Below, piece after piece: positions 37,997 to 47,282 of a stretch of DNA of 64,000 nucleotides. This DNA comes from Candidatus Spyradenecus sp. Lineage in GTDB: Bacteria; Verrucomicrobiota; Verrucomicrobiia; Opitutales; UBA953. The first letter of the stretch is position 1; every line of letters begins with the position of its first letter. A program made the translations under genes and the position numbers. Where the stretch lies: positions 1 to 64,000 of the forward strand of contig JAZSKX010000015.1 in assembly GCA_045535075.1 (NCBI GenBank). The letters run 5' to 3'. The notes under the pieces are model-generated. The model did not search any database, was not told the DNA's origin, and was given only the letters and a program-made list of their open reading frames with translations.

Positions 37997-39514
37997 ATGT
38001 TTCTGAATCTTTTTGCACAAATAGTTGAAACGACGGAGCAGGCGGCTTCCGGTTTGTCGAGCGGTGTTCCGCTTTGGGCTTGGATTGCATTCGGAGTCTT
38101 TATTGTCGGAATGCTTGCGCTTGATTTAGGCGTTTTTCATCGGAGCGACAAGGCGGTCCCGTTTAAGGAAGCGGTGCTTTGGAGCGTGATCTGGGTCGGC
38201 TTGGCGGCGCTTGCTTGCGGTGCTATCGGTTTGTGGCACGGGAGCTCGGTCGCCGAACTTTTTGCCGCCGGCTATTTGCTCGAGTTGTCGCTCAGCGTGG
38301 ACAATCTTTTTGTTTTTCTGCTGATTTTTTCGTTTTTTAAAGTTCCGGACAAATACATGCACCGTGTGCTGTTTTGGGGCATCCTCGGTGCGGTTTTCTT
38401 CCGTGCGCTGTTTATTTTCGGTGGTGTTGCGCTCGTTGAGAAATTCTCGTGGCTGATGTATGTGTTCGGCGCGTTCCTGATTTATACCGGGATCAAAATG
38501 TTTTTCCCGGAAAAAAAGGATGCGGATCTCTCGAACAATTTTATTGTCAAGCTTGCCGCAAGAACCGGACGCTTTTCGAAGGAATTGCACGGACATTCCT
38601 TTTTCTTTCTTAAGGACGGATTGATTTATGCGACACCGCTTTTTTTGGTGTTAATCGTTATTGAGCTTTCGGACGTTATGTTTGCCGTGGATAGCGTTCC
38701 CGCGATTCTCGGTGTAATCCCGAAGGAAACGGATACGGAAATGAAAATGTTCTTGGCGTTTACGTCGAATATTTTTGCCATTCTCGGGCTGCGTTCGTTT
38801 TTCTTCGCCTTGTCGGGCTTTATGAAAATGCTGCGTTTCCTGCGTTTCGGGTTGGGCGTGATTCTCGCTTTTATCGGCGTAAAGCTGACGCTCGCGGAAC
38901 TGGATTGGTGGCACCCGAGTACGCAGGTTTCTTTGCTTGTTTTGCTGAGTGTTTTGGTCGTTTCGGTTTTGCTTTCCGTTTTTATTCCGCCGAAAGGCGA
39001 GAAGACGGCCGACGAGCCGGATCTCTCGGATGAATCCTTGCCCGAAAATCGCGGTGAAGAACCGACGGCGGAAAACGAGAACGCTCCGTGGATCGGCGTT
39101 GACTTGGACGGCACATTGGCGCGGTACGACGGGTGGCGCGGTTTTGATAAAATCGGCAAGCCCGTTCCCGTCATGCTGGCTCGCGTGAAGCATTGGATTA
39201 AAAACGGCTATACCGTGAAAATTTTCACGGCACGGGCGGCGTTCCCGCAACAAGGTATCCCGCCGGTGAAGAAGTGGCTTGCGGAAAACGGATTGCCGGA
39301 ACTCGAAGTTACGAATCGGAAGGATTTTTCGATGATTGAACTTTGGGACGATCGCGCAATTCAGGTGGTCGCCAATTCCGGAAAACCTTTCCTTTCGCAA
39401 TATTCCGCCGGTCGCCCGAAAGCACCGATTCTTCCTGACGAAAATGCCGGGGAGACCTTTTATCTGATGAGACCGTGCGGTAAGCCGGAAACGGCAGATG
39501 AAAATAATGCTTGA
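37997..39514 (+). CDS. TerC/Alx-family membrane protein fused to a C-terminal HAD-like domain
   Basis: YLLELSLSVDNLFVF, IELSDVMFAVDSVPA, SNIFAILGLRS; then WIGVDLDGTLA...IFTAR...LWDDRAIQV. Confidence 0.88.
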   Translation: MFLNLFAQIVETTEQAASGLSSGVPLWAWIAFGVFIVGMLALDLGVFHRSDKAVPFKEAVLWSVIWVGLAALACGAIGLWHGSSVAELFAAGYLLELSLSVDNLFVFLLIFSFFKVPDKYMHRVLFWGILGAVFFRALFIFGGVALVEKFSWLMYVFGAFLIYTGIKMFFPEKKDADLSNNFIVKLAARTGRFSKELHGHSFFFLKDGLIYATPLFLVLIVIELSDVMFAVDSVPAILGVIPKETDTEMKMFLAFTSNIFAILGLRSFFFALSGFMKMLRFLRFGLGVILAFIGVKLTLAELDWWHPSTQVSLLVLLSVLVVSVLLSVFIPPKGEKTADEPDLSDESLPENRGEEPTAENENAPWIGVDLDGTLARYDGWRGFDKIGKPVPVMLARVKHWIKNGYTVKIFTARAAFPQQGIPPVKKWLAENGLPELEVTNRKDFSMIELWDDRAIQVVANSGKPFLSQYSAGRPKAPILPDENAGETFYLMRPCGKPETADENNA

Positions 39515-39539
39515 CGACGCATCAATTTAAAGGCATATT
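39511..39539 (+). promoter_or_regulatory. Sigma70-like promoter of the tRNA
   Basis: TTGACG-17 nt-CATATT, ending 14 nt before the tRNA. Confidence 0.55.
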
Positions 39540-39553
39540 GGGGTTTCAATTTT

Positions 39554-39628
39554 GCCAGAGTAGCTCAGCGGTAGAGCACGGGACTCATAAGCCTATGGTC
39601 GGTGGTTCAAATCCACCCTTTGGCACCA
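39554..39628 (+). tRNA. tRNA with CAT anticodon (elongator Met or Ile2)
   Basis: GCCAGAGTAGCTCAGCGGTAGAGC...CTCATAA...GGTTCAAATCC...TGGCACCA; G1-C72 is paired, so not an initiator. Confidence 0.9.
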
Positions 39629-39769
39629 ATTTCGAAAAGAGAGCGTTTCTGCGGGAACGCTCTCTTGCTTTTTCTTGATGGAACCAGAGTGATGAGGGTT
39701 GATTTTTTCCTTTACAAAAAAATGCCATGGTTTAACCTTAGACAAAATTTAACCCCTTTAATCTCATAA

Positions 39770-40051
39770 ATGAAGACCATGCGCAAAATCTCTCTTATTG
39801 CTTCGGCTCTCGCACTCGCTTTTGCATTCACGGGTTGCAATGCCTATGACACGGATTACCACGGAACTAATGTTAGCGCGGAAGCGTCTCACAATTTCAT
39901 GGGCATCGTGAAAACAAATCCGAATTCCTACCGATACGTGGATGATGCGTCCACTATTATCGTTGATACGGATGAATTGTGGTGCCGTCGCGATTTTAGC
40001 GGATCCGATACGTCGCTCTTCTGGGGACTTATCAATATTCGCGATTACTAG
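39770..40051 (+). CDS. Small lipoprotein
   Basis: Lipobox FTGC; followed by a terminator. Confidence 0.75.
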   Translation: MKTMRKISLIASALALAFAFTGCNAYDTDYHGTNVSAEASHNFMGIVKTNPNSYRYVDDASTIIVDTDELWCRRDFSGSDTSLFWGLINIRDY

Positions 40052-40073
40052 ACCGAAAATATTTTCTTACGCG

Positions 40074-40101
40074 AAAACCCTCGAGAGCTTCGAGGGTTTT
40101 T
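40074..40101 (+). terminator. Intrinsic terminator
   Basis: aaaaccctcga/tcgagggttttt. Confidence 0.8.
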
Positions 40102-40123
40102 GTTTTGTTAAAAATCTTTCCCG

Positions 40124-41791
40124 ATGACAGTCCATTCTTCCAATGTTGCCCGATTTCTCCGCGAGTCTGCCGAACGCGTTCCCGCCGTGTGCGCGATTCG
40201 CCTTCCCGCAGGGCGTGAGTCCGACGGCTCTATTCGCTATCGAGAGCTGAATTTTGCGGAGCTGGATCGTCATACTGCCGCTGCTGCCGAAATCTTTCGT
40301 GCCAACGGAATTGTTGCGGGAACGCGTACCCTTTTGATGGCGCGCCCGGGCTGGGATCTGATTTTATGCGCCTTTGCGCTGTTTCGAATCGGAGCTGTTC
40401 CCGTCGCGATCGACCCCGGAATGGGCTTGCGTCATTTTCTGCGTTGCGTCGAAAACACGCGCCCGGAAGCTCTTGTCGGTATTCGGCTTGCGCATTGGAT
40501 CAGCCGTTTTTTCCGAAAATCGTTTGCCTCTGTGAAAACGAAAATCGTTGTCGGGAGCCGTAAATTCAATCGGATGATTTCGGAGCTCGCGACGTCTCCG
40601 GATCTTAGAAGCGAAATTGCCGTGTGCGGCGAGGAGGAGCTTGCGGCAATTCTTTTTACCAGCGGTTCGACGGGCGCTCCCAAAGGGGTTTGTTATACGC
40701 ACGGAATGTTTGACGCACAGCAACGCATTGTGCGTGATTTTTACAAAATTGAACCCGGAGAAATCGATTTGCCGCTGTTGCCGATTTTTGCACTTTTTAA
40801 TCCGGCGCTCGGAATGACGACGATTACGCCGGAGATGAATCCGTCAAAGCCGGCGACGCTCGACCCGGAAAAAGTCGTTCGCGCGATCCGCCAAAATCAG
40901 GTAACAAATAGCTTCGGTTCGCCGATTCTTTGGCGGAAAATTGCCGAATATTGCGAGGCTCGCGGCGAAACGCTTCCGAGCGTTCGCCGTATTCTTTGCG
41001 CGGGAACGGCGGTTCATCCTTCCGTCATGGCGCTTTTGAAAAAAGTGCTTCCGAATGCCGAAATTCATTCTCCTTACGGAGCGACCGAAAATTTGCCCGT
41101 CGCCGACGTTGATGCGGAAACCGTACTCGGAGAAACCGGCATTCTTACGGCGCAAGGATTCGGCACGTGCACGGGAACAGTTGTCCCCGGCAATCGCGTA
41201 CGCCTTGTTCCCGCGTCCGACGAAGCATTTCCCGATTTCGAAACGGCGGGAACGCCGCAGGAACGTTTTCGCGGTTTCTCCGTCGGAGAAATCTGCGTTT
41301 GCGGTCCGACGACGACGCGTGCCTACGATAACAATGTGCAGGCAACCGCGTTAGCAAAAATTGTTGATTCCGCAGACGGAACGCTTTGGCATCGCATGGG
41401 CGATCTCGGCTATCTCGACGGGCAGGGGCGGCTTTGGTTTCTCGGGCGCAAAGTCGAACGCGTCGAAACAAAACGGGGAACGCTTTACACCGAAGCTTGC
41501 GAACCGATTTTCAATACGCATCCCGACGTGTTTCGCTCGGCGCTTATCGGTTTGGGAGAACGCGGAAGCGCCGTTCCCGCAATCGTTGTCGAATTGCGTG
41601 CGGGAACGCCGAAGCGCCGCCACGCCGAAATTCTCGATGAGTTGCGGCGGCTTGCGCGGGAACACTCGGTCACGCAGCCGATTACGCAGTTTTTTATTTA
41701 TCCGAAAAAATTCCCGGTCGATGTTCGCCACAATGCAAAAATTCATCGACTCACGCTTCGAAAATTTTACGAAAAAACTTCGTCTCTCTAG
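40124..41791 (+). CDS. AMP-dependent ligase, OleC-like
   Basis: ILFTSGSTGAPKG, YGATE, WHRMGDLGY, FPVDVRHNAKI. Confidence 0.8.
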   Translation: MTVHSSNVARFLRESAERVPAVCAIRLPAGRESDGSIRYRELNFAELDRHTAAAAEIFRANGIVAGTRTLLMARPGWDLILCAFALFRIGAVPVAIDPGMGLRHFLRCVENTRPEALVGIRLAHWISRFFRKSFASVKTKIVVGSRKFNRMISELATSPDLRSEIAVCGEEELAAILFTSGSTGAPKGVCYTHGMFDAQQRIVRDFYKIEPGEIDLPLLPIFALFNPALGMTTITPEMNPSKPATLDPEKVVRAIRQNQVTNSFGSPILWRKIAEYCEARGETLPSVRRILCAGTAVHPSVMALLKKVLPNAEIHSPYGATENLPVADVDAETVLGETGILTAQGFGTCTGTVVPGNRVRLVPASDEAFPDFETAGTPQERFRGFSVGEICVCGPTTTRAYDNNVQATALAKIVDSADGTLWHRMGDLGYLDGQGRLWFLGRKVERVETKRGTLYTEACEPIFNTHPDVFRSALIGLGERGSAVPAIVVELRAGTPKRRHAEILDELRRLAREHSVTQPITQFFIYPKKFPVDVRHNAKIHRLTLRKFYEKTSSL

Positions 41792-41830
41792 ATTTTAAGC
41801 ATTAGGCTTCTCAACTTTATAAAAATATCA

Positions 41831-42907
41831 ATGAATACGATTAAAACAGACGATACACGCATTCAGCGCCGCAAGCCGCTTTTGACGCCGGCGTTGCTGA
41901 TTGATGAAATTTGCCCGAGCCCCGACGGACTTCACGTCGTGGAAACCGCCCGCGCCGCCATCAGTGATATTCTTAACGGGAACGACGATCGCCTGATTTT
42001 TATCACGGGTCCGTGCTCTATTCACGACATTGCCGCCGCCAAAGAATACGCGGCACACGCCAAACGTCTCGCCGAAAAATACAAAGACGATTTGCTCGTC
42101 GTTATGCGCACTTACTTTGAAAAACCGCGTACCGTTGTCGGCTGGAAAGGATTGATCAACGACCCGTATATCGACGGCACTTTCCAAATCAACGACGGGC
42201 TTCGCATCGCACGCCGGCTTCTTTGCGATTTGGCGGAATTCGGCGTGCCGAGCGCAACCGAATTTCTCGATCCGATTACGCCGCAATTCCTCGCAGACCT
42301 CGTCTCTTACGGCGCAATCGGCGCGCGCACGACGGAAAGCCAAATCCACCGCGAACTCGCGTCCGGAATGTCCATGCCCATCGGATTTAAAAACGGAACC
42401 GACGGCACGATTCAGGTCGCTATCGATGCCGTTCGCGCGGCTCATCACTCGCATTGGTTCCCGTCGGTTACCAAAGACGGCGTTGTGGCAATTTTTGAAA
42501 CGCAGGGCAATAAAGACTCGCATATCATTTTGCGCGGCGGCTCCCGAACGGGCCCGAATTACGGCCCGGAATTTATCGCCGAATGCGCCGAGAAGCTTGC
42601 GAAAGTTAAGTTGCCGGAAAGCGTTGTCGTCGATTGTTCTCACGGGAACAGCAAAAAAGATTACAAGCGCCAGCCGCAGGTTGCGGCGGAAATCGCCGAA
42701 CAAATTGCCGCGGGAACACGCACGATTGTCGGTGTCATGATCGAAAGCAATCTCGTGGAAGGTCGTCAGGATTACGATTGTTCGCAAAAAGGTTCTTGTG
42801 TTTACGGACAAAGTATCACGGACGCCTGTATCGACGTCGCGGCGACGGAAGCGATTTGCGAAACCCTCGCGACTGCCGTTCGTTCCCGCCGAAGATCCGG
42901 AAAATAG
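41831..42907 (+). CDS. aroG: DAHP synthase class I (AroF/G/H type)
   Basis: GPCSIHD, YFEKPRTVVGWKGLINDP, GARTTESQIHRE, DCSHGNS. Confidence 0.95.
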   Translation: MNTIKTDDTRIQRRKPLLTPALLIDEICPSPDGLHVVETARAAISDILNGNDDRLIFITGPCSIHDIAAAKEYAAHAKRLAEKYKDDLLVVMRTYFEKPRTVVGWKGLINDPYIDGTFQINDGLRIARRLLCDLAEFGVPSATEFLDPITPQFLADLVSYGAIGARTTESQIHRELASGMSMPIGFKNGTDGTIQVAIDAVRAAHHSHWFPSVTKDGVVAIFETQGNKDSHIILRGGSRTGPNYGPEFIAECAEKLAKVKLPESVVVDCSHGNSKKDYKRQPQVAAEIAEQIAAGTRTIVGVMIESNLVEGRQDYDCSQKGSCVYGQSITDACIDVAATEAICETLATAVRSRRRSGK

Positions 42908-43095
42908 AAAACGTCGCGGCGGAAATTTAATCCGAATTGCGGATTGCCGGAAAAACTCGCCGGCTCTTTCCCGTTTTCGAGCGATATTGTGTTCGGAAGC
43001 GGGAATTTGCCGTTTGAAAATTTTTATTAATCTTTAACCGAACACGCTTTTGCGTTAGTTTTTTTACAACACATTTCGAACTTTCTATATAAGCC

Positions 43096-44631
43096 ATGGC
43101 ACTCATTTCTTTTTGCAGCCAACTCATTGCAGACACCGGAATCAGCACCGGAGACGAAGGCAAGGGACGCCTCATTCCCGAAGTCATTCGCGAGCTTCAA
43201 GCCGAAACCGGCAAGCGCGGGATCGTTTCCGTCGTTATGAAAGTGAACGGCGGCGCCAATTCCGGGCACACCGTCGGCGGGCTCAAGCTCAACCTGCTTC
43301 CCGCAGGCGTGATCGAAAAGGATGTTGCCGTGCTCGCCATCGGTGCCGGTGTCGTTGCCGACCCGCGCAAATTCCACTGGGAAGCGCGCCCGCTCGAAAA
43401 GATGGACATCCCGATTTATTCGCGCCTGCGCATCGACGAGCGCACGATGCTCAGCGACGTTTCGCACCGCATGCTCGACCTCGCGTTTGAGGATTACCGC
43501 GTGAACGTCTTGAAGCACCTGCCGCGCGGCTCCACGGGGCGCGGAATCACGCCCGCGTATTGCGACGAAGTAGGGCAGTGGCAAATCACCTACGCGGATT
43601 TTCTCGGACCGAAGGAAGTTTTCGAAGAAAAAATGAACGCGCGCATGGACCGCGCCGAGCGCACGATTGAGCACGTTTGCCGCGTGGCACCGGAGCTTTG
43701 GAGCGAATTTTTCAAAAAACTCACCGCCGCGGAAGTGCGCGGGAACGCGCCCGCCATTAAAGACGGCATTTTCACCGAAGCCGATTTCGACTTCACGCAA
43801 TTCGACGCGGGAACGCCGTTTAAGTTTAACCGCGAAAAAGTGATCGAAGTTTACTGGAACGCCGGGCAGGAGCTCGTTCCCGCGATTTGCGATGTGCGCG
43901 ATCTCGTGCTCGATACGATGAAGCGCGGCGAATACATCATCGGCGAATTCGGGCAGGCTTACTGGCTCGACAAACGCCACGGCTTCCCGCCGAACGTTAC
44001 CGCTTCGCACACCTTTACGCCGGAATTTTTCCAATCCGCCGGCATTCCCGCGCAGCCCGTGCACACGATGGGCTGTTGCAAGGCTTACGACACCAAGGTC
44101 GGTACGCACGTTTTCCTCACGCAGATGGACGACGAACATCCGCTTTGTAGACGCCTGAAGAAGCTTGAATTCGGCGTTGTCTCCGGCCGCCAACGCATGG
44201 TCGGCTGGTGCGACTGCGTGGAAAAGGCAGACGCGCTCCGCTACGGCGGTTATCAGGATTTGGTCATTAATAAGCTCGATGCGCTTTCGCCCGCCGACGA
44301 ATGGCAGGGCGGCGATTTGCTCGTATGCGTCGCCTACAAGGGACCGGACGGAAAAATTTACAAACACGTGCCGCGCAACGACGCGCTGCGCCAGACGCTC
44401 GTTCCCGTCTACGAAACGCTCCCGGGCTGGACGGAAGACATTTCCGGCGTGCGCTCGTTTAACGATCTTCCCGAGAACGCCAAACGCTACATCGCGTTCG
44501 TGATGAAGACCATCGTCGAACTCGCCGACGCTCCCGCGCTCCCGAACCTCCGCTACATCGGCGTAGGCCCGCTCCCCTCCCAAATCATCAAAGACATCCC
44601 CACCACCGAAGAACTCATCAACCTCGTCTAA
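43096..44631 (+). CDS. purA: Adenylosuccinate synthetase
   Basis: [45 protein letters not shown]. Confidence 0.93.
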   Translation: MALISFCSQLIADTGISTGDEGKGRLIPEVIRELQAETGKRGIVSVVMKVNGGANSGHTVGGLKLNLLPAGVIEKDVAVLAIGAGVVADPRKFHWEARPLEKMDIPIYSRLRIDERTMLSDVSHRMLDLAFEDYRVNVLKHLPRGSTGRGITPAYCDEVGQWQITYADFLGPKEVFEEKMNARMDRAERTIEHVCRVAPELWSEFFKKLTAAEVRGNAPAIKDGIFTEADFDFTQFDAGTPFKFNREKVIEVYWNAGQELVPAICDVRDLVLDTMKRGEYIIGEFGQAYWLDKRHGFPPNVTASHTFTPEFFQSAGIPAQPVHTMGCCKAYDTKVGTHVFLTQMDDEHPLCRRLKKLEFGVVSGRQRMVGWCDCVEKADALRYGGYQDLVINKLDALSPADEWQGGDLLVCVAYKGPDGKIYKHVPRNDALRQTLVPVYETLPGWTEDISGVRSFNDLPENAKRYIAFVMKTIVELADAPALPNLRYIGVGPLPSQIIKDIPTTEELINLV

Positions 44632-44669
44632 CGCGGGAACGCTGTTTTTACTTTGACGTTTTTGCAATT

Positions 44670-46520
44670 ATGGCTGAGAAAAAGAAAGAACAGTGTATAA
44701 ATCAGCACTGCGTGCTTATTGGAACGTATAGGTCTGGACAATTTGAATCTTGGCAAGGGTATTACAATTACCCGATTTCAGAGCAGGATGATATGAGTTC
44801 AGACCTGTATTCCATGATTGATGAGTTATGGCTTTTTTCTGGAAAAAAATCTCCGCTTTTTAGAAAAGCTCAATTTGTAGGGGTAAAGAGCAGAAATGAG
44901 TTAGTAAGGGATTACGGATATACTCCAAAAGGGGAAGGGCATGGAAAAAAGTATTTGCTCTTCAAAACAAAGCCTACGTATCTGCCGTCTAATTCGATTT
45001 CTAAAAAAGTGATTATTCGGGCCAAAGATTTCGCGCGGACACCTAGTGTAGCGAAGAAGATAAAGATTCTTCTCGCGTCTGATGATCGAAAGGATCAACC
45101 ATTGCTGGCTCAATTGCCAGAGGTGCTTTTGACCATTCCTCCAGAACGACTTTGTGTTTGTGAGGCAGCTTTTCAGATGGATTTTCTTGCCCAAATTTTC
45201 TCACCAAGAATAATATCAGTAAAAAAGAAACCCATTGCGAAAAAATGTGTAAAGTTTATTGACCTTTTTGCTGGTATTGGGGGAATTCGCAAAGGTTTTG
45301 AAATTGCCGCATCAGAGGAGGGGTTTGACTCTCAGTGTGTTTTTACGTCAGAAATCAAGCCGCATGCGGTAAAAGTTTTGATGCAGAATCATCCTGAGGA
45401 AGAGATTTATGGCGATATAACTTGTATTAACGCTGATGATATTCCAGACTTCGACTTCTTACTGGCAGGTTTCCCGTGTCAGGCGTTTTCTTCTGCAGGA
45501 AAGCGTCTCGGGTTTCAGGATACACGCGGAACGTTGTTCTTTGATGTTGAGCGAATCCTAAAAGCGAAAAAACCTAAGGGGTTCATTTTGGAAAATGTCG
45601 AAGGTTTGGTAAACCACGACAAGAGAAACCCGAATGATCGAATTGGAAATACCTTATCCACGGTTCTCGAACATTTAAGAGATTTAGGTTATAAAGTTGC
45701 GTGGCGTGTTTTGAATGCGAAGGATTTTGGTGTTCCCCAGGATCGGAAGCGGATTTACATTGTTGGCACGAAGGACTCTACTCCAGATCTGGAGAACTTT
45801 GAAGAAAAACACGCTATTGTTGAAGATGTTCTTGAATGTGGTCTTCCTCCCCAAAAAAGCCGATTCATAGATCTATTGCTTTCTCACTATAGCTTGGAAG
45901 AGCTTCATGGACGTTCTGTGAAAGATAAGCGGGGTGGTGAGAATAACATCCATAGCTGGGATATCGAATATAAGGGGGCTGTCTCCGTGAAAGAAAAGGC
46001 TCTTCTTAATGCAATACTTCGAGAAAGGCGCAAAAAGAAGTGGGCGGAAATATACGGCATTGATTGGATGGATGGAATGCCTCTTACAATTGACATGATT
46101 CGCTCTTTTTTTGACGTTCCTGGATTGACTGAAATGCTAAAAGATCTGGTAGAAAAAAAATATTTGAAGTATGAGCATCCTAAACGGAAAAGTGGTCATT
46201 CGCGGATTCAGGATTCGACTTTGCCGAAAGGATACAACATCGTCGCAGGAAAAATGTCTTTTGAAGTGAGCAAGGTGCTTGATCCTAAGGACGTTGCTCC
46301 GACATTGGTTGCAATGGATATGCAGCATCTTTTTGTTCCAGACTCTGGAGGAATTCGTCAGCTTTCTCTTCGTGAGGGGTTGAGATTCTTCGGATATCCT
46401 GAAAGTTTTAAATTTGATGTGGATCTCCATTCTGGCTATGACCTTTTAGGAAACACGGTCGTTGTTCCTGTTATTACATCCGTTGCAAATCGCGTTTTTA
46501 AAGCAATTAAACATTTGTAG
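44670..46520 (+). CDS. DNA (cytosine-5)-methyltransferase, M.NlaIV-like, with ~190-aa N-terminal extension
   Basis: FIDLFAGIGG, GFPCQAFS, ENVEGL, QDRKRIY, LGNTV; closely resembles M.NlaIV as recalled. Confidence 0.93.
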   Translation: MAEKKKEQCINQHCVLIGTYRSGQFESWQGYYNYPISEQDDMSSDLYSMIDELWLFSGKKSPLFRKAQFVGVKSRNELVRDYGYTPKGEGHGKKYLLFKTKPTYLPSNSISKKVIIRAKDFARTPSVAKKIKILLASDDRKDQPLLAQLPEVLLTIPPERLCVCEAAFQMDFLAQIFSPRIISVKKKPIAKKCVKFIDLFAGIGGIRKGFEIAASEEGFDSQCVFTSEIKPHAVKVLMQNHPEEEIYGDITCINADDIPDFDFLLAGFPCQAFSSAGKRLGFQDTRGTLFFDVERILKAKKPKGFILENVEGLVNHDKRNPNDRIGNTLSTVLEHLRDLGYKVAWRVLNAKDFGVPQDRKRIYIVGTKDSTPDLENFEEKHAIVEDVLECGLPPQKSRFIDLLLSHYSLEELHGRSVKDKRGGENNIHSWDIEYKGAVSVKEKALLNAILRERRKKKWAEIYGIDWMDGMPLTIDMIRSFFDVPGLTEMLKDLVEKKYLKYEHPKRKSGHSRIQDSTLPKGYNIVAGKMSFEVSKVLDPKDVAPTLVAMDMQHLFVPDSGGIRQLSLREGLRFFGYPESFKFDVDLHSGYDLLGNTVVVPVITSVANRVFKAIKHL

Positions 46521-46522
46521 AT

Positions 46523-47257
46523 ATGAAAATACTCGCTGCACAAGAAATTTACAGTAAGTTGATCAATGAAGATTGCATCTTAACTCTGAAAGGGCAGATT
46601 CAATTTCATCTTGGAGATGTTGGTATTGTTGTCCGCCAGAAAGATGTCGTGGGAAATATTATTCAGGAGTGGCTTCAGGGTTGGATGGAAAAAAGCGGAA
46701 TTGCGTATACGCTCAATTCAAACTCTCAGATGCCTCCTGATTTTTTCTTAAATCCTAACGACAAAACTCGTTCTCTCTTGGAGGTCAAGGCATTTAATCG
46801 TGATTCTACGCCTGGTTTTGACATTGCGGATTTTAGAATGTACAGCGAAGAAATCATAGAAAAACCCTATATGTTGGATGCGGACTATCTTATTTTTGGC
46901 TATCGCATGAATCCTAATGGGGTGGTGACGATAAAGGATTTGTGGTTGAAGAAAGTTTGGCAGATAACTCGACGTATGGGGAATTGGCCACTAAATCTCC
47001 AAGTGAAGGCTAAAGTTGTTCATAAAATTCGCCCAGGAGTTTGGTATAGGACTCCGAATAAGTTTAAAATGTTTGAATCATTGGAAGATTTTATTTCTGC
47101 TGTGAATCATACAGTTTGGCAAAACCCTAAAACAAAAGAGTCTTCTGGGACTTGGCTGGTGAACTTTATAAAGGCGTATAAATCTTTTTACGGAAAAAAG
47201 CTTAGAATTCCTCGTTGGGAGGATATTGAAGATAAATATTTGGTCGGTAATTCCTGA
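46523..47257 (+). CDS. Type II restriction endonuclease, NgoBV/NlaIV family (probably GGNNCC)
   Basis: KDVVGNIIQEWL, QMPPDFFLN, LEVKAFNR, PGFDIADF, KIRPGVWY. Confidence 0.88.
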   Translation: MKILAAQEIYSKLINEDCILTLKGQIQFHLGDVGIVVRQKDVVGNIIQEWLQGWMEKSGIAYTLNSNSQMPPDFFLNPNDKTRSLLEVKAFNRDSTPGFDIADFRMYSEEIIEKPYMLDADYLIFGYRMNPNGVVTIKDLWLKKVWQITRRMGNWPLNLQVKAKVVHKIRPGVWYRTPNKFKMFESLEDFISAVNHTVWQNPKTKESSGTWLVNFIKAYKSFYGKKLRIPRWEDIEDKYLVGNS

Positions 47258-47282
47258 TTAGAAATTTCGTTATTTGTACTTT

